Part shown: one piece after another, positions 25,107 through 27,967 of the stretch
How the letters are laid out: each line of letters opens with the position of its first letter
Numbering within the stretch: position 1 is the stretch's first letter
NCBI GenBank assembly: GCA_031409335.1
Contig: JANNWY010000224.1
Span: forward strand, 1 to 27,967
DNA: 27,967 nt
DNA from: Chthoniobacteraceae bacterium
Lineage (GTDB): Bacteria > Verrucomicrobiota > Verrucomicrobiia > Chthoniobacterales > Chthoniobacteraceae
Reading direction: 5' to 3'
Position numbers and translations under genes: made by a program
Notes under the pieces: generated by a model
What the model was told of the DNA's origin: nothing
Databases searched by the model: none
Seen by the model: the letters and a program-made list of their open reading frames with translations, nothing else

Positions 25107-25252
25107 GGACGGAAGATGCCCGAACCGGGAGCCACCGGCAACTGTCGAGTCGTGCTCGTCGTCGAGTTGAGAATCTGTGACGCGCTTGCGCGGTGTGGGG
25201 TGGTCGGATTCAGGCCGCCGGACTGGCCACAGGCAGTCCCGCCCCTCACCAC

Positions 25253-25309
25253 GAAGCTCAGCTTCCCCGCGCAAAAACGCCGTTGCCAAGTCCTCAACTT
25301 GGCTACGAG
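25253..25309. repeat. Half copy of the REP-like family seen at 2243 and 3044
   Basis: GAAGCTCAGCTTC...CGTTGCCAAGT..CAACTTGGCTACGAG parallels GAAGCATGGCTTC...CGTTTCC...CAACTTGGAAGCGAG. Confidence 0.55.
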
Positions 25310-25317
25310 GGTGAAAA

Positions 25318-26430
25318 ATGTCAGAACTAGACCTAGGGCTTCGCAAGATTATGCAAATGGCGGATGAGAAGCACGCCCGCACACCAACCGAAAGTTTTGA
25401 TGACTATCGGCGGAAGCGGTTCCTAGAGCTTGAGAATTTTGTCACTGCTCGGCGGAAAGTGTATCTCGACATGAACTTCTGGATTTGGTTGCGCGATCCT
25501 TTTGCCGCACCGAAACCCGATAAGGCGCGACGACTCCGTGAACTCTTGAGCAACGGCGTCAGAGAAGCACGCCTGCTGTGCCCAGTTAGTTATGCCCACC
25601 TCATAGAGTTGATGAAACAACATCCGATGGAGCAGAGGCTGGCTCAAGCTAGGCTCATGGATCAACTGAACGAAGGCATTGGCATGAGGAATCCATTCGA
25701 CACGGCGGAAATTGAATATCTTCGGCTCCTTGCCAGACACAACGTAACCTTGAAAGACATGCCAATCGACCCGGTTTGGGCACCAATCGGCCATCTAGTT
25801 CATGAAGTGTATGGTCAAAGCGATGCTCGCCCCCATGAACTCATGGAGCGTTACCGAAAGGTGAGTTTTGATGTTCGTTGGGCAACGAAAATGGAACATC
25901 TTGCGAGTAGAATGGAGGGTATGCCGGTTCGTCCCGCGACGACAGCCGCGAGGATCAACGTCGAACGCCGGACAAATCTGCGAGGGAATAAATCATTTGG
26001 TAAGCTGTTTTCGGACGAACTCGATGGGATACTGGACGTGATGAGCCCGCATATCGAGAACAGCTTGAAGTATGCAGCCGCTTTTGTTGGCATCGAAGCC
26101 ACCGGAGAGCCAATGGACGAGCGTGAACGGAGAGAGTGGATCAAAGTGATTCGCGAGTCAGTAAGACGGGATCCAGACGGCCAAATCATGCCATCTGGGC
26201 GTATCAGTGCAGCCCTCAACGCCGCAATTCGCCTAGATGATAAGCACCTATTTGAGCAGAATGATATTGATGATATTGACCACTCCTCCGTTGCTGCCGC
26301 GTATTGTGATGTGTTTCTCACCGAGCGAAAATTTTCCCACATTCTCCGCCTTCCCGCCGTTCAGAAGGTAATCCCCCGAGGCTGCTCTGTGATTAGTGAC
26401 ATTGACGAGGCGATTTTGCTCCTTTCATAG
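25318..26430 (+). CDS. Hypothetical PIN-like domain protein, lower GC
   Basis: 370-aa ORF with KVYLDMNFWI, HLIEL and NDIDDIDHSSVAAAYCDVFLTE, the acidic motifs typical of split PIN folds. Confidence 0.75.
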   Translation: MSELDLGLRKIMQMADEKHARTPTESFDDYRRKRFLELENFVTARRKVYLDMNFWIWLRDPFAAPKPDKARRLRELLSNGVREARLLCPVSYAHLIELMKQHPMEQRLAQARLMDQLNEGIGMRNPFDTAEIEYLRLLARHNVTLKDMPIDPVWAPIGHLVHEVYGQSDARPHELMERYRKVSFDVRWATKMEHLASRMEGMPVRPATTAARINVERRTNLRGNKSFGKLFSDELDGILDVMSPHIENSLKYAAAFVGIEATGEPMDERERREWIKVIRESVRRDPDGQIMPSGRISAALNAAIRLDDKHLFEQNDIDDIDHSSVAAAYCDVFLTERKFSHILRLPAVQKVIPRGCSVISDIDEAILLLS

Positions 26431-26572
26431 GAAGGCGAGGTGCGAATTCAGCAACAAAAGGGGAATTCGGTTGGCTTACCCGTGCTGACGAACGCACGCT
26501 TCACGACTGCTCGCCCCCCACCCAGAGGGCGAGGGGCATCGCGTCAGTATCACTTCGCGCATTCCGACAAGA

Positions 26573-27700
26573 TCACCAGAGGCGATTCCGCCTCAACCCG
26601 AGCAGTACCCCGCTACCCAGCAGCAGCACGGCGCTCGCGGGTTCGGGCACGGCAACGGGGTCGAGACGGAGGGCGTGCGTGCGGCCGCCAATTGTGCCAT
26701 AGGCGGCGATCTGCCCAAGGTCGTTAATACTGCCAGAACCATCCACGTTGAGGTCGGTCACGTTGGAACCAGGTAGGAGGAGGGAATACAGGTCGTACAT
26801 CGTCCCGCCGGTGTAGAGAAAGGGATGCCGTGCCGCCTGGCCGGTAGTGTCGGCCATGCCAGTCACGTCCCCGGAGGCGTTGATGCCATAGCCTCGGCTA
26901 TAGCTGCCGCCGAGCGTGCCGAGGTCTTCCGGCGTCGTGCCCGTCCACCGCATCGCATGAATGGTGCTATCGCCCGTGAGATAGGAAAAGCCCGTGACCT
27001 GCCCGGAGGCGTTGATGCTATTGCCCTGACTGGTGGTGCCGCCAAGAGTACCGAGATCCTCCGCCGTCAAGCCCGTCCACCGCACCGCATGATAGGCACC
27101 GCTATTGCCTATGAGGTAGGACAAGCCCGCGACCTGCCCGGTGGAGTTGATACCAAGGCCATTGCTGTAGGTGCCGCCGGGGAGGGTGCCGAGGTCTTCC
27201 GCTGTCGTGCCCGTCCACCGCACCGCATGAAAGATGCTATCGCCCATGATAGAGGACAAGCCCGCGACCTGCCCTGAGTCATTGATGCTGCTGCCTAGGC
27301 TGTAGCTGCCGCCGAGGGTGCCGAGGTCTTCCGGCGTCGTGCCCGTCCATCGCACGGCGTGCCACAGGTTATTACCCGTGAGGTAGGAGTAGCCCGTAAC
27401 TTGACCGATGGCGTTGATGCCAAGGCCATAGCTAAACGTGCCGCCGAGAGTGCCAAGTACTGTTGGACTCGTCCCCGTCCACCGCACCGCGCGATCGGGG
27501 CCAGTGCCCGTAGTGTCGGAATGGCCCGCGACCTGCCCGGTGGCGTTTACGCCAGAGCCATAGCTATTGGTGCTCCCGAGCGTGCCAAGGTCGGTGATGG
27601 CGTATTGTGGTGGGCTCGCGTTGGCGCGAGCGGGAAGGACGACGAGCGCCAGCACTCCCACCAACGTGTTCCAAAGTTTGATCGAGGGGGCTGTTTTCAT
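26573..27700 (-). CDS. HAF-repeat extracellular protein with PEP-CTERM sorting signal
   Basis: Signal peptide, about six ~44-aa repeats DLGTLGG..S.G..IN..GQV.G.S...HAVRWTG, and C-terminal VPEPASAVLLLGSGVLLGLRRNR. Confidence 0.92.
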   Translation of the reverse strand: MKTAPSIKLWNTLVGVLALVVLPARANASPPQYAITDLGTLGSTNSYGSGVNATGQVAGHSDTTGTGPDRAVRWTGTSPTVLGTLGGTFSYGLGINAIGQVTGYSYLTGNNLWHAVRWTGTTPEDLGTLGGSYSLGSSINDSGQVAGLSSIMGDSIFHAVRWTGTTAEDLGTLPGGTYSNGLGINSTGQVAGLSYLIGNSGAYHAVRWTGLTAEDLGTLGGTTSQGNSINASGQVTGFSYLTGDSTIHAMRWTGTTPEDLGTLGGSYSRGYGINASGDVTGMADTTGQAARHPFLYTGGTMYDLYSLLLPGSNVTDLNVDGSGSINDLGQIAAYGTIGGRTHALRLDPVAVPEPASAVLLLGSGVLLGLRRNRLW

Positions 27701-27797
27701 TCGTCCCCTCTCGCGATAATGCGCAATAGTGTCAATGCGCGAACTGCCATCCATAGGCGTAGGCTCGCATTCCTGCTCTCATTCCCAAACTGAACAC

Positions 27798-27967
27798 TTG
27801 GAGAGCTGCGGGAGCCCGTGGACGGCAGCGCGGGCGCGGCTGGCGGAATTGGAAGCGGGCTTCACGATCGAAAAGGCGAAGGTGGAGGCGATGAAGGCCC
27901 GGCTATTTGCCCGGCTGCGCGAGCATTTCCAGCGGCGCGACCGGCTGCGGCTGGTCATCGGCTATCG
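27798..27967 (+). CDS. Partial coiled-coil protein or gene fragment running off the window
   Basis: Open frame AARARLAELEAGFTIEKAKVEAMKARLFARLREHFQRRDRLRLVIGY with host-like codons. The 5' end is unclear and possibly frameshifted. Confidence 0.4.
   Translation, partial: MESCGSPWTAARARLAELEAGFTIEKAKVEAMKARLFARLREHFQRRDRLRLVIGY

Overview
GC-rich bacterial window. The gene content (PEP-CTERM protein, kinase-coupled ECF sigma factor, two-domain NDK, several palindromic repeat families) suggests Verrucomicrobiota, probably Chthoniobacterales-like; this is inference. The left two thirds are mostly housekeeping genes: ileS 3' end, tfoX-like, tilS, serS, uxaE-like, mscS-cNMP, Ser/Thr kinase + ECF sigma, MFS, ndk, aminotransferase and dtd. 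They are interspersed with REP/MITE-like palindromes, one apparently in frame inside ileS, and a candidate SAM-clan riboswitch. The standout is 17772-22529 on the minus strand. An HlyD adaptor and a sensor-less sigma54 activator are followed by a tandem array of nine 41-62 aa genes, mostly missed by the ORF track. Each encodes a near-identical 30-aa Lys-rich leader ending in Gly-Gly plus a variable 11-32 aa core. Five cores reproduce hallmark motifs of DUF1559 pilin-like proteins (IIAILIG, LLPAVQKVR, H-X9-DG). Three others resemble motifs of Hcp, contractile-injection tube and T3SS needle proteins. This looks like an undescribed secreted peptide library of filament-subunit mimics. The right end is an accessory patch with pseudogenes, two PIN toxin-antitoxin pairs, a lower-GC PIN-like gene and a HAF-repeat PEP-CTERM protein.
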